DNA of 56,739 nucleotides from the NCBI GenBank assembly GCA_049516035.1, contig JBEKTM010000004.1:1-56739 (forward strand), read 5' to 3'. Of the stretch, positions 1 through 8,683 are shown piece after piece. Position 1 is the first letter of the stretch, and the number at the start of each line of letters is the position of its first letter. Both the position numbers and the translations under genes were made by a program. The notes under the pieces were generated by a model, which had not been told where the DNA came from, did not search any database, and saw only the letters and a list, made by a program, of their open reading frames with translations. This DNA is from Dehalococcoidia bacterium (GTDB lineage Bacteria > Chloroflexota > Dehalococcoidia > GIF9 > AB-539-J10).

Positions 1-348
1 GCCTCACTTTTCCTGCTAAGTCAGTTGAGCGATGCCGGCGAAATCAGACAATACTTCCAAGATATGCCTAGACTATTCTTCGAAAAGGCCAAGGTTTTTT
101 GTCCTCACGAACTCAAAGAGTTGATCATGGCTCAGGTAAAGGAAAAGGCTCACCTTTTTGCTCCCGATGAGACAAAGACTCTTGATGGCCTGAGGCTGGA
201 ATTCTCTGACTCGTGGATGCTTATCAGAGCTAGTGGTACCGAGCCTGCCATCCGGGTAATCTCCGAGTCAACGTCGCAGACACAGACCGATGAGCTCATA
301 AGCAAAAGCAAAAAACTGGTTCAAAGTCTGGTGGAGGTTAACAGGTGA
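1..348 (+). CDS. 3' fragment of an alpha-D-phosphohexomutase (phosphoglucosamine mutase / phosphomannomutase family); 5' end lies outside the window
   Basis: Frame 1 is open from base 1. Translation contains the domain-4 loop RASGTEPAIRV typical of this family. Stop TGA 346-348 overlaps the GTG of the next gene. Context with a GlmU-like gene and glmS suggests a GlmM role. Confidence 0.7.
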   Translation, partial: ASLFLLSQLSDAGEIRQYFQDMPRLFFEKAKVFCPHELKELIMAQVKEKAHLFAPDETKTLDGLRLEFSDSWMLIRASGTEPAIRVISESTSQTQTDELISKSKKLVQSLVEVNR

Positions 349-1663
349 GAGCTGTATTTCTCTGCGGTGGCCGCGGCAAGAGGATGTTTCCCGTTACCGA
401 AGATAAATCGATTTTCTCGGGAAGCCGTTGCTTGAACATCAAATAAAGATAGCCTGCGAGGCAGGTTTGAGTCATTTTGTGATCATTGGAAATCCCGAAA
501 ATATAGCGAGGATAAAGCAAATAACCAAAAAAATTCCCGGGATAAAAGCCGACTTTGCTCTGCAAAAAAAGTCGCTGGGCATCGCTGACGCTCTAAAAAG
601 CGCTGAGCCTTTCTTACACGGTCAGCTTTTGGTCATAAATCCCAATGATGTCTTCTCAAGTTCAGCGTACACCAAAATCATCGCCGCAGCTAAAAAAACA
701 TCAGCCTCCTCCTACATTATGGGTTACCGAGTCCAGAAATATTTTCCGGGAGGCTACCTCCAAGTAAATCATCAAAATGAGCTACTACACATCGTGGAAA
801 AGCCCAATCCCGGTGAGGAACCCAGCAACCTAGTAAACATCCTGATTCACTGCCATAATAACCCGAAAGAGCTTTTACGTTATATTGAGAACGTACAAAC
901 TACCAGGGATGATGTCTATGAATGCGCTCTGGACAATATGGTGAAGGCTGGACACAAGATCAAAGTAATTCCCTACACCGATTTCTGGGCACCAATAAAA
1001 TATCCCTGGCATATCTTCAAAGTAATGGAGTATTTTCTGGACAACGCTCAACCTTATATCGCCCCTTCCGCCCGCATCTCCGAGAAAGCGAACATCGAAG
1101 GAAAAGTTATCCTGAGTGATAATGTTAAGGTACTGGAAAATGCCGTGATTCGAGGTCCTGTATATATTGGGACAAACTCCCTCATTGGCAATAATGCCCT
1201 AGTGCGAGACTACAGCCACATTGGTGCTAACTCCGTTGTCGGCTATTCCACTGAGGTAAAACATTCCTACATCGGGGATAATTGCTGGTTCCACTCCAAT
1301 TATGTCGGTGATTCCATAGTAGACAACGATTGCTCTTTGGGCGCTGGCACCGTGCTGGCTAACTTCCGACTCGACGAAGGGAATATCCAGATAGAAGTCG
1401 GTGATAGTCTGATAGATACCGGCTATGATAAACTGGGGGCAATTGTGGGTCGAGGTTGTCGCATCGGAGTAAATGCCAGCCTCATGCCCGGCGTTCGAGT
1501 GGGTTCTGATTCTTTTTTGGGACCCCAAGTATGCTTGCGCCAAGACTTGGGCGCGAATAAGATGGTTCTGCTTGAGCCCCGATACCAGGTAACGGACAAC
1601 AAAACAAGACTCGACGAAGACAAAAGAAGAGAACTGTTAAGAAAGCTAGAAAACCAGACATAA
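345..1663 (+). pseudogene. Bifunctional sugar-1-phosphate nucleotidyltransferase / hexapeptide-repeat acetyltransferase (GlmU-like) with an apparent 1-nt frameshift near 408-421
   Basis: GTG 345 opens VRAVFLCGGRGKRMFPVTEDKS (the GGxGxRxxPxT nucleotidyltransferase signature) and hits a stop at 438-440. The family continues in another frame as GKPLLEHQIKIA... (ORF 428-1663). The C-terminal half has left-handed beta-helix hexapeptide repeats (IGxNxxV, IGDNCWF...). Confidence 0.6.
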
Positions 1664-1715
1664 AAGTTGAATATAATCCAAATCGCGATATAATTAATTG
1701 TAGGGATAATTAAAA

Positions 1716-3491
1716 ATGTGCGGTATCATTGGCTATTGTGGTCAGAAGCCAGCGGTCCCAATCGTCATCGAGGCATTAAGGCGTCTGGAATATCGGGGCT
1801 ATGATTCAGCAGGCGTAGCTTCTTTATCCAATGGCCGGCTATTAATAAAGAAGGACGCCGGCAAGGTTGACGAAGTCGTCCAGAAACACAACCTGGCAAG
1901 CCTTCCTGGCATCATTGCCATCGGGCATACCCGCTGGGCAACCCATGGCGGCGTCACCCAACTCAATGCTCACCCTCATTCCGATTGTGGTGGCAGAGTG
2001 GCTGTAGTTCACAATGGCATCGTTGAGAATAATCAGGAGCTCCGCCAAAAACTTACCAAAATAGGACACAAGTTTACTTCAGAAACCGATACCGAAGTCA
2101 TCCCTCACCTCCTCGAAGATGAGCTCAAAAACGGATGTTCCCTGGAACAGGCTGTGTTAAATGTAGCTCCAAAGCTAGCGGGCTCCTATGCCTTTCTGGT
2201 CATATCCCTTGATGACCCCGGCAAGGTTGTAGGCACAAGGAGGAATAATCCCTTGATTGTGGGCATCGACGCCTCTGATTACTATATTAGTAGCGACGCC
2301 CTGGCTTTCTCGCAATATACCAATCAGGTGATGGGTCTGGAGGATAACGAGGTGGTGATGCTGACACAAAAAGGAATCGAATTCTTCGATGCCCAAGGAA
2401 ACAAGCTGGTTAAGCAAGCCAAGAAACTCGACCATAGTTGGGCTGAGAGCCATAAAGGAGGCTATCAGTATTTCATGCTCAAGGAGATAATGGAGCAGGC
2501 TCAGGTGCTTAGCCAAATAGTCCATCAGGACGAGAAGAGATTCACCAACATTGCTCTGGACATTCTGAGGGCAAGGCAGGTGATTATAACTGCCTGTGGC
2601 ACCTCCCGCCATGCTGCCCTGGTCGGCAGATACCTCTTTTCCAAGGTAGGCAAGAAATTTTGCGACGTAGTGATGGCCTCTGAGTTCGGTTATTTTGCCG
2701 ACTCCGTGGACAAAGGCACCGTTGTTATTGCTGTTTCTCAAAGTGGCGAGACTGCTGATATACTCGAAGGAGTAAGGGCTGCCAAAGACAGTGGAGCTCA
2801 AGTTATCTCGATAATCAACCGGCCAAACTCCATACTGGCTGACCTGAGCCACCACGTCATTTACCTGAATTGTGGTTCTGAGATAGCCGTAGCCGCTACT
2901 AAATCCTTCCTGTCCCAACTAGCCATATTCTACCTGTTGTCCTTCTCCATGGTTAACTCCTTTGATGAAGCGGCAGCTAAGCTTACCGACCTGAGCAACA
3001 AGATAACCAAGGTTCTGGACTGGAACAAAAGCGAGCTTATCAAGCTCAGCCAGAAGCTGAAAGATAAGAACGATTTCTACTACATAGCCAGAGGAATTAA
3101 CTTTGCTATCGCCTCTGAAGGCGCCTTGAAGCTTAAGGAGATTTCCTATATCCATGCTGAAGGTATGCCTGCCGGGGAACTCAAGCATGGCACCTTAGCC
3201 CTCATCGAGCCTGGCACACCAGTAGTGGTGATTTGCCCCGCCGACTATACCTTTTCCGAAACCCTGAGCAATGCCATGGAGACTAAATCACGCGGCGCAT
3301 ATATTATCGGTGTCTCCGACAAGGAAAGCGACATTTATGATTCCTGGGTCAAGATTCCCGAAGTTGATGAGTTACTCTATCCTATGGTCGCCGTAGTTCC
3401 CCTTCAGCTCCTGGCTTATTATCTAGCTGTCAATCGAGGATGCGACCCCGACAAACCCCGCAATCTGGCAAAATCGGTGACTGTGAAGTAG
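1716..3491 (+). CDS. glmS: Glutamine--fructose-6-phosphate aminotransferase (isomerizing)
   Basis: N-terminal MCGIIGY nucleophile Cys2, two SIS domains, and C-terminal LAKSVTVK. 591 aa, typical length. Confidence 0.95.
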   Translation: MCGIIGYCGQKPAVPIVIEALRRLEYRGYDSAGVASLSNGRLLIKKDAGKVDEVVQKHNLASLPGIIAIGHTRWATHGGVTQLNAHPHSDCGGRVAVVHNGIVENNQELRQKLTKIGHKFTSETDTEVIPHLLEDELKNGCSLEQAVLNVAPKLAGSYAFLVISLDDPGKVVGTRRNNPLIVGIDASDYYISSDALAFSQYTNQVMGLEDNEVVMLTQKGIEFFDAQGNKLVKQAKKLDHSWAESHKGGYQYFMLKEIMEQAQVLSQIVHQDEKRFTNIALDILRARQVIITACGTSRHAALVGRYLFSKVGKKFCDVVMASEFGYFADSVDKGTVVIAVSQSGETADILEGVRAAKDSGAQVISIINRPNSILADLSHHVIYLNCGSEIAVAATKSFLSQLAIFYLLSFSMVNSFDEAAAKLTDLSNKITKVLDWNKSELIKLSQKLKDKNDFYYIARGINFAIASEGALKLKEISYIHAEGMPAGELKHGTLALIEPGTPVVVICPADYTFSETLSNAMETKSRGAYIIGVSDKESDIYDSWVKIPEVDELLYPMVAVVPLQLLAYYLAVNRGCDPDKPRNLAKSVTVK

Positions 3492-3542
3492 CCTCAGAGA
3501 GTTTACGGAGTTCGCAGAGCTTACGAAGTTGGTTTGTGTAAA

Positions 3543-4430
3543 ATGACTCAAGCAACTCAACAAACTAAAGTGGGTGTCCTAGCTGGTATACCTGCCTATA
3601 ATGAAGCAAGATATGTCGGAAGCATAGTCCTCCAGGCAAGACAATATGTAGACGAGGTCATTGTCGTTGACGATGGCAGCACAGATAACACTGCCGAGGT
3701 TTCTGAGCTTGCCGGCGCCACTGTAATCCGACACAGCGAAAACAAAGGTTATGGAGCAGCCATTCAGAGCATACTGGCAGAAGCCAGAAAGAGAAACCCG
3801 GATGTCCTCGTCCTCCTCGATGCTGATGCCCAACACAATCCCAATGAGATTCCCATTCTCATCAAACCCGTTTTGGAGGGTTTTGACCTTGTCATCGGCT
3901 CCCGAGAAGCCCAGAAAGAGAAGACGCCCCGTTTCCGGCGCATCGGGAAAGAAGTCATTTTACGCTCAACACGTCTCGCTTCAAAAACCAATATTTCTGA
4001 TTCTGAATGCGGCTTCAGAGCCTTTTCCAAGAAGGCTATATCAGAACTAGAGCTAAAGGAAAGCGGGATGGCCATATCGGCAGAAACGGTAACCCGCGCC
4101 GCCGCTAAAAACCTCAAGATGACCGAGGTGCCCATATCAAACATATACACCATGGATGGCTCGACCCTCAACCCGATAAGACATGGCGTAGACGTTCTCA
4201 GCCGGATAATAGTCATGATTTCACAGAGGAGACCACTGTTCTTCTTCGGACTGGCAGGTGGCATTTTGCTAGCGGTTGGTCTCATCATCGGCTTCAGGGT
4301 GCTTCATATAGCTACCGCAACAGGCGAGGTAGCTATGGGCAGCACTATACTGACCACTTTGTTCATTATCGCTGGTATGTTGAGCATCTTCACTGGCATA
4401 ATTCTGAACGCCTTAGGCAGTCGAAAATAA
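3543..4430 (+). CDS. GT2 glycosyltransferase, polyprenol/dolichol-phosphate hexosyltransferase-like (DPM1/AglJ/GtrB-like) with C-terminal TM helices
   Basis: IPAYNE...VVDDGSTDNT...LDADAQH motifs of GT-A family 2, with a hydrophobic C-terminal tail (LFFFGLAGGILLAVGLIIGF, ILTTLFIIAGMLSIFTGIIL). ATG 3543 preferred over TTG 3534. Confidence 0.75.
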   Translation: MTQATQQTKVGVLAGIPAYNEARYVGSIVLQARQYVDEVIVVDDGSTDNTAEVSELAGATVIRHSENKGYGAAIQSILAEARKRNPDVLVLLDADAQHNPNEIPILIKPVLEGFDLVIGSREAQKEKTPRFRRIGKEVILRSTRLASKTNISDSECGFRAFSKKAISELELKESGMAISAETVTRAAAKNLKMTEVPISNIYTMDGSTLNPIRHGVDVLSRIIVMISQRRPLFFFGLAGGILLAVGLIIGFRVLHIATATGEVAMGSTILTTLFIIAGMLSIFTGIILNALGSRK

Positions 4431-4529
4431 TCAAGGCATAAATCAGCCCGCCAGAACCAGTAACATCATTTAGGACACTGTTAGCTCTAGTGTCAAAGCG
4501 AAAATAAACGTGGCATTGCATTCCTCTTT

Positions 4530-4600
4530 GTCATCGCACCTCTTCCCTTTCAGTCATTGCGAGCCCTTCGCAAGAAGGGCGTGGCAATCTCCGGGATTGC
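4530..4600 (+). repeat. Copy of the dispersed palindromic repeat family (GTCATCGC..ACCTCTTC..GTCATTGCGAG-N-GCAATCTC-N-GGGATTGC)
   Basis: Read directly: gtcatcgcacctcttccctttcagtcattgcgagcccttcgcaagaagggcgtggcaatctccgggattgc. Same architecture as 30806-30888. GCAATC/GATTGC form an inverted repeat. Confidence 0.8.
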
Positions 4601-4728
4601 GGGGTTTGTTCTGAGCACAAGCAAGGTAACTCGCCGAAGCAACTTAGTTTTGTAATGGGATGCTAGCTTGATGGTTATCTGGGATTTCCATCAACTAGCA
4701 GCTGACAGTAACGAACAAGAACGATGGT

Positions 4729-4757
4729 TTGTCAAACTGCCCGCCCTGCGCTATATT
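4729..4757 (+). promoter_or_regulatory. Possible sigma-70 promoter upstream of the first gmd operon
   Basis: TTGTCA (4729-4734), 17-nt spacer, TATATT (4752-4757). This would leave a ~220-nt leader before GTG 4977. Confidence 0.3.
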
Positions 4758-4976
4758 GCATAACCAAAAGAGGCAATGTTAAGATTGATGTTAGACGTAA
4801 TGGCGCAATATGAATATACGAATAAGGTTCAGTTAGCTCGCCTACAACTATGTCAATCAATGCCTCAAAGCGGGATTTGCGAATTAGAAGGAAAAACTGC
4901 TCTTGATTAAATCATCGATGAGAGTAGCTCTACGACTGGGTTAATGTTGCGTAAATAGGTATCTGAGGAGTACAAA

Positions 4977-6026
4977 GTGAAACGTAAAGCCTTGATTAGT
5001 GGAATAACGGGCCAAGATGGCTCATACTTAGCGGAGTTCTTATTAGCTAGAGGATACGAAGTCTACGGAATCCTTAGAAGGGCCAGCACTTTCAATACCG
5101 TTCGTCTTGACCATTTGCTCTTCGATGGTCAACGTGAGAAGGATATCGGGATTTTTCTACGTTATGGAGACATGATAGACTCATCAAATCTGAATAGGTT
5201 GCTGGAGCAAATACAGCCTGATGAGATCTACAACTTAGCTGCCCAGAGTCATGTTCAAGTCTCCTTCGAGGTCCCGGAATATACCGCTGAAGTGGATGGT
5301 GTCGGTGTTTTGAGAATACTGGATGGGATTAAGGAAATCGGGTTAAGAACGAAGTTTTACCAAGCATCAACGTCAGAACTGTTTGGCCAAGCTAAGGCTC
5401 CTCAAAATGAGACTACGTTATTCTACCCAAGAAGTCCCTATGCTGTCGCGAAGCTATATGCACATTGGATAGTCAGGAATTACAGAGAGGCATACAACCT
5501 GTTTGCTTGCAACGGGATACTATTCAATCATGAATCTCCTAGGCGAGGCGAGAGTTTCGTGACTAGGAAGGTCAGTAGAGGCATCGCTCACATCCTCACC
5601 AAAAAGCAGGATCATATATACATGGGCAATTTGGAAGCAATAAGAGACTGGGGTTACGCTCCAGAATACGTCGAATTCATATGGAAGATGCTTCAGACTC
5701 CACAGCCCGAGGACCTTGTCATGGGCACGGGGGAATCCCACACTGTGAAAGAACTTATTGAGGAAGCTTTTTCTTATGTGGGGCTTGATTGGCAAAAATA
5801 TGTCAAGATAGACCCCAAATACTTCAGGCTGACGGAGGTTGATGAGTTAATTGCTGACTCGGCTAAAGCTAGAAAAGTCCTGGGATGGAACCCGAAGATT
5901 AGGTTCAAGGAACTTGTCAAGATTATGGTGGATGCAGATATGCGCGCTGTGGGCTTACAACCTATCGGTGAAGGAGACAGAATACTAAAGCAGAAATTCC
6001 CCGACAGATGGTGGGGGCGTGATTGA
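4977..6026 (+). CDS. gmd: GDP-mannose 4,6-dehydratase
   Basis: [17 protein letters not shown] Rossmann motif, [28 protein letters not shown] (YxxxK), and NHESPRRG, all characteristic of GMD. GAGGAG Shine-Dalgarno 7 nt before GTG. Confidence 0.9.
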   Translation: MKRKALISGITGQDGSYLAEFLLARGYEVYGILRRASTFNTVRLDHLLFDGQREKDIGIFLRYGDMIDSSNLNRLLEQIQPDEIYNLAAQSHVQVSFEVPEYTAEVDGVGVLRILDGIKEIGLRTKFYQASTSELFGQAKAPQNETTLFYPRSPYAVAKLYAHWIVRNYREAYNLFACNGILFNHESPRRGESFVTRKVSRGIAHILTKKQDHIYMGNLEAIRDWGYAPEYVEFIWKMLQTPQPEDLVMGTGESHTVKELIEEAFSYVGLDWQKYVKIDPKYFRLTEVDELIADSAKARKVLGWNPKIRFKELVKIMVDADMRAVGLQPIGEGDRILKQKFPDRWWGRD

Positions 6027-6027
6027 T

Positions 6028-6957
6028 ATGCCGTTCAGCAAGGTATTTGTTCCTGGCGGTAATGGATTCCTGGGCAAAAGGGTTGTCAAAAAGCTGGAAG
6101 AAAAAGGCATAGGTTGTGTTTCCCTTTCTTTGAGAAATGGCTATGACTTTCGTGATGTTAGACAAACGCGGGAGTTGTTTGAGCAAGAAAGATTCGATGC
6201 CTTCATCAACTGCGCAGCCTTCGTAGGAGGAATCCAATTCGGGTACGAGCGACCTGGCGAGATCTTCTACAACAATATCTTGATGTCAACAAATTTGATG
6301 GAGAGCGCGAGATTAACTGGTGTAAAGAGATTCATCAATCCTATTTCCAACTGTTCTTATCCCGGTCACCTGACAACGGATTTCAAAGAAGAGGAATGGT
6401 GGGATGGACAACTTGATGAATCCGTACTGGTCTACGGATTTGTGAGGAAAGCCAGTTGGGTGCAGAGTTGGGCGTATTATAAACAATATGGTTTTGAGAC
6501 TGTCAATCTTATCCTGCCAAACATGTATGGCCCTGGTGACCATTTCGAGGAGAAGCGCTCTCATGCTCTTGGCGCACTGATAATGAAGTTCGTGGAGGCG
6601 AAAAGAAAAAATCTTCCCCATGTTACTGTTTGGGGTAGCGGTAAACCGGTGAGGGAGTGGCTATTTGTGGATGATGGGGCTGAAATTCTAGTAAAGGCTC
6701 TGGAAACGGGATTGATTTTAGACCCGATTAATGTGGGAGTGGGCAAAGGTATTTCTATTCTTGAACTTGCAGAGTTAATAAGAGATATAGTGGGATACAA
6801 GGGAAAAATAGTCCTAGACATGTCAAAGCCTGACGGAGCCCCACATAAGACGATGGATAACAGCAAGTTAAAAGCACTATTCAATTGGGTGCCCCCCACG
6901 AGCTTAAGAAACGGGATTGAGCAAACTGTGGAATGGTATATGAATAATATCAAGTAA
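6028..6957 (+). CDS. GDP-L-fucose synthase-like SDR epimerase/reductase (divergent paralogue)
   Basis: VPGGNGFLG Rossmann motif, LPNMYGPGDHF, WGSGKPVREWLFVDD, similar to Fcl/WcaG. The active-site segment reads YGFVRK (Lys displaced by one from canonical YxxxK). ATG 6028 lies just after the gmd stop. Confidence 0.65.
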   Translation: MPFSKVFVPGGNGFLGKRVVKKLEEKGIGCVSLSLRNGYDFRDVRQTRELFEQERFDAFINCAAFVGGIQFGYERPGEIFYNNILMSTNLMESARLTGVKRFINPISNCSYPGHLTTDFKEEEWWDGQLDESVLVYGFVRKASWVQSWAYYKQYGFETVNLILPNMYGPGDHFEEKRSHALGALIMKFVEAKRKNLPHVTVWGSGKPVREWLFVDDGAEILVKALETGLILDPINVGVGKGISILELAELIRDIVGYKGKIVLDMSKPDGAPHKTMDNSKLKALFNWVPPTSLRNGIEQTVEWYMNNIK

Positions 6958-6966
6958 GGCACAATA

Positions 6967-7371
6967 GTGAAAACTGAGAAAATAGTTGATGGCAATACGA
7001 CCCTGGCAATTGTAATCAGAGGCGCTGACTGGGAAGAAGGGCTAAACTTTGTATCCTCGAATGAAGATTATCAGCAGATGGGGATTTGGGGATACAACAA
7101 GGGTCAGAAATTGCCGCCTCATATCCACCTGGTGGCACCCCGAGAAGTTCTACATACTCAAGAGGTGATTTTTGTTAAGGAAGGCCGTGTCAGAGCCGAT
7201 GTCTACTCCCAGGAAAAGAAGTTTCTGAGAACAATCGAACTTGGCAGGGGCGACACTATGATTCTTCTTCATGGTGGACACGGCTATCAAATACTAGAGG
7301 ATAATACGAGGGTATTAGAGGTCAAGAACGGCCCCTATGTTGGAGCGGAAAAAGACCGGGAAAAAATCTAG
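6967..7371 (+). CDS. Small cupin-fold protein (possible sugar keto-isomerase/epimerase accessory)
   Basis: 134 aa with a PPHIHL...E..FV.EG...H.GHGY pattern compatible with a cupin. It sits between a nucleotide-sugar reductase and an aminotransferase. Confidence 0.45.
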   Translation: MKTEKIVDGNTTLAIVIRGADWEEGLNFVSSNEDYQQMGIWGYNKGQKLPPHIHLVAPREVLHTQEVIFVKEGRVRADVYSQEKKFLRTIELGRGDTMILLHGGHGYQILEDNTRVLEVKNGPYVGAEKDREKI

Positions 7372-7386
7372 GCCTAAGGGCGGGAC

Positions 7387-7527
7387 AAACTACATCTGGG
7401 CTGTGGGAAAAGATATATTCCCGGATTTATCGGCAAGGACTACGATGATTTCTCTCAGGCATACATTCCTCATATGGACAATGAAAAGGTGTTACTGATA
7501 AGCTTTAATGTAGAGGCGCGGAGAAGC
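7387..7527 (+). pseudogene. Internally deleted remnant of a class I SAM methyltransferase (paralogue of 13268-13801)
   Basis: Translates as KLHLGCGKRYIPGF-IG-KDYDDFSQAYIPHMDNEKVLLISFNVEARR. This matches the N terminus (KLHIGCGNRYIPGF) and C terminus (KDYDDYSQAYIPHMDKERGILISLNVEATK) of the 177-aa methyltransferase at 13268-13801, with the middle missing. Confidence 0.75.
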
Positions 7528-7528
7528 C

Positions 7529-8632
7529 ATGAAAAGGATTAACCAGATTGAGCCCTGGATAGGTGAGGAGGAAAAAAGGGCAGTAGCGGAATATTTGGAT
7601 GCCGGTGGCTGGCTGACCGAATTCAAGAAAACGAGAGAATTTGAGCAAATGATAGCCGACTATGTCGGCAGCAAATATGCATCAGTGGTGAATAATGGCA
7701 CGATCACTTTGCTCATTGCACTTATGGCCCTCGGGATCAAGAACAAAGACGAGGTTATTGTTCCTGACTACACGATGATAGCTTCAGCTAACGCTGTTGT
7801 CTTAGCCGGTGCCAAGCCTGTCCTTGTAGATATTGATCCCTCAAATCTGTGCCTAGACTTGGAGTTGGCTGAGGAGGCAATTAATCGCAGAACCAAGGCG
7901 ATGATGTTTGTGAGCATCAATGGGCGTTGCCCTGATATGCATAAGGTCGCAGCCCTCGCGCGCAAACACAATTTGTTTCTGATCGAAGATACCGCCCAGT
8001 CCCTGGGTTCCCGGTTCCGAGGAAAACACCTGGGAACCTTTGGCATGGTCGGCAGTTTCTCCTTCAGTTTCCCTAAAATCATAACTACTGGCCAAGGCGG
8101 CGCCTTGGTTACCGACGATGAGGAACTTTACCGCCGAATGGCTATGATAAAGGATTTCGGACGACCCAAAGCCGGAGTGGATTACCATGAGATTATGGGA
8201 TTCAACTCCAAATTTACCGACCTTCAGGCAGTCATCGGGGTTGAGCAAATGAAAAAGCTCGATTGGAGAGTGAAAAGAAAGAAGGAAATATACAAGCTTT
8301 ACCATGACTTGCTGCAGGATGTAAGAGAGGTGGAATTCATAGCTACGGATTTGCAGGATTGCGCACCCTGGTTCATTGACATCCTTGTTAATGGAGATGG
8401 AGTTAGAGATAATCTGGCCAAGTTCTTAGAAAGCAAAGAAATAGGCACTCGGCCTTTCTATCCGGCAATCCATACACAGCCTCCGTATTCTCATGTTAGG
8501 GGTGATTTCAAGGTCTCGGCGTCAATATCTCAAAGAGGTTTATGGCTGCCGTCTTCATCTTTCCTCACAAATGACGATGTCGAAAGAGTATGTAGTGAGA
8601 TAAAAGCTTTCTTCTTGAGCGCACGAGGCTGA
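7529..8632 (+). CDS. DegT/DnrJ/EryC1/StrS-family PLP sugar aminotransferase (perosamine-synthase-like)
   Basis: Family pattern including SFSFPKIITTGQGG (PLP lysine). It sits downstream of gmd, consistent with amination of a GDP-4-keto-6-deoxyhexose. Confidence 0.8.
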   Translation: MKRINQIEPWIGEEEKRAVAEYLDAGGWLTEFKKTREFEQMIADYVGSKYASVVNNGTITLLIALMALGIKNKDEVIVPDYTMIASANAVVLAGAKPVLVDIDPSNLCLDLELAEEAINRRTKAMMFVSINGRCPDMHKVAALARKHNLFLIEDTAQSLGSRFRGKHLGTFGMVGSFSFSFPKIITTGQGGALVTDDEELYRRMAMIKDFGRPKAGVDYHEIMGFNSKFTDLQAVIGVEQMKKLDWRVKRKKEIYKLYHDLLQDVREVEFIATDLQDCAPWFIDILVNGDGVRDNLAKFLESKEIGTRPFYPAIHTQPPYSHVRGDFKVSASISQRGLWLPSSSFLTNDDVERVCSEIKAFFLSARG

Positions 8633-8683
8633 ACTTATTAGTGTGAGACCTACAGTAACTCTCTTGTAAGGGTTGAAACGAAC

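Noticed and set aside
1664-1715. glmS ribozyme upstream of glmS
   Set aside because: The spacer is only 52 nt and AT-rich. That is far too short for the ~170-nt ribozyme, and I saw none of its conserved core.
2175-2918. Long antisense ORFs inside confident genes (e.g. 2175-2918, 3764-4288, 1199-1543, 27560-28294, 39774-40349, 40688-41086, 7853-8305, 14560-14982, 20063-20440, 26118-26534)
   Set aside because: They fully overlap well-supported conserved genes on the opposite strand and have low-complexity or odd composition. These are typical shadow ORFs.
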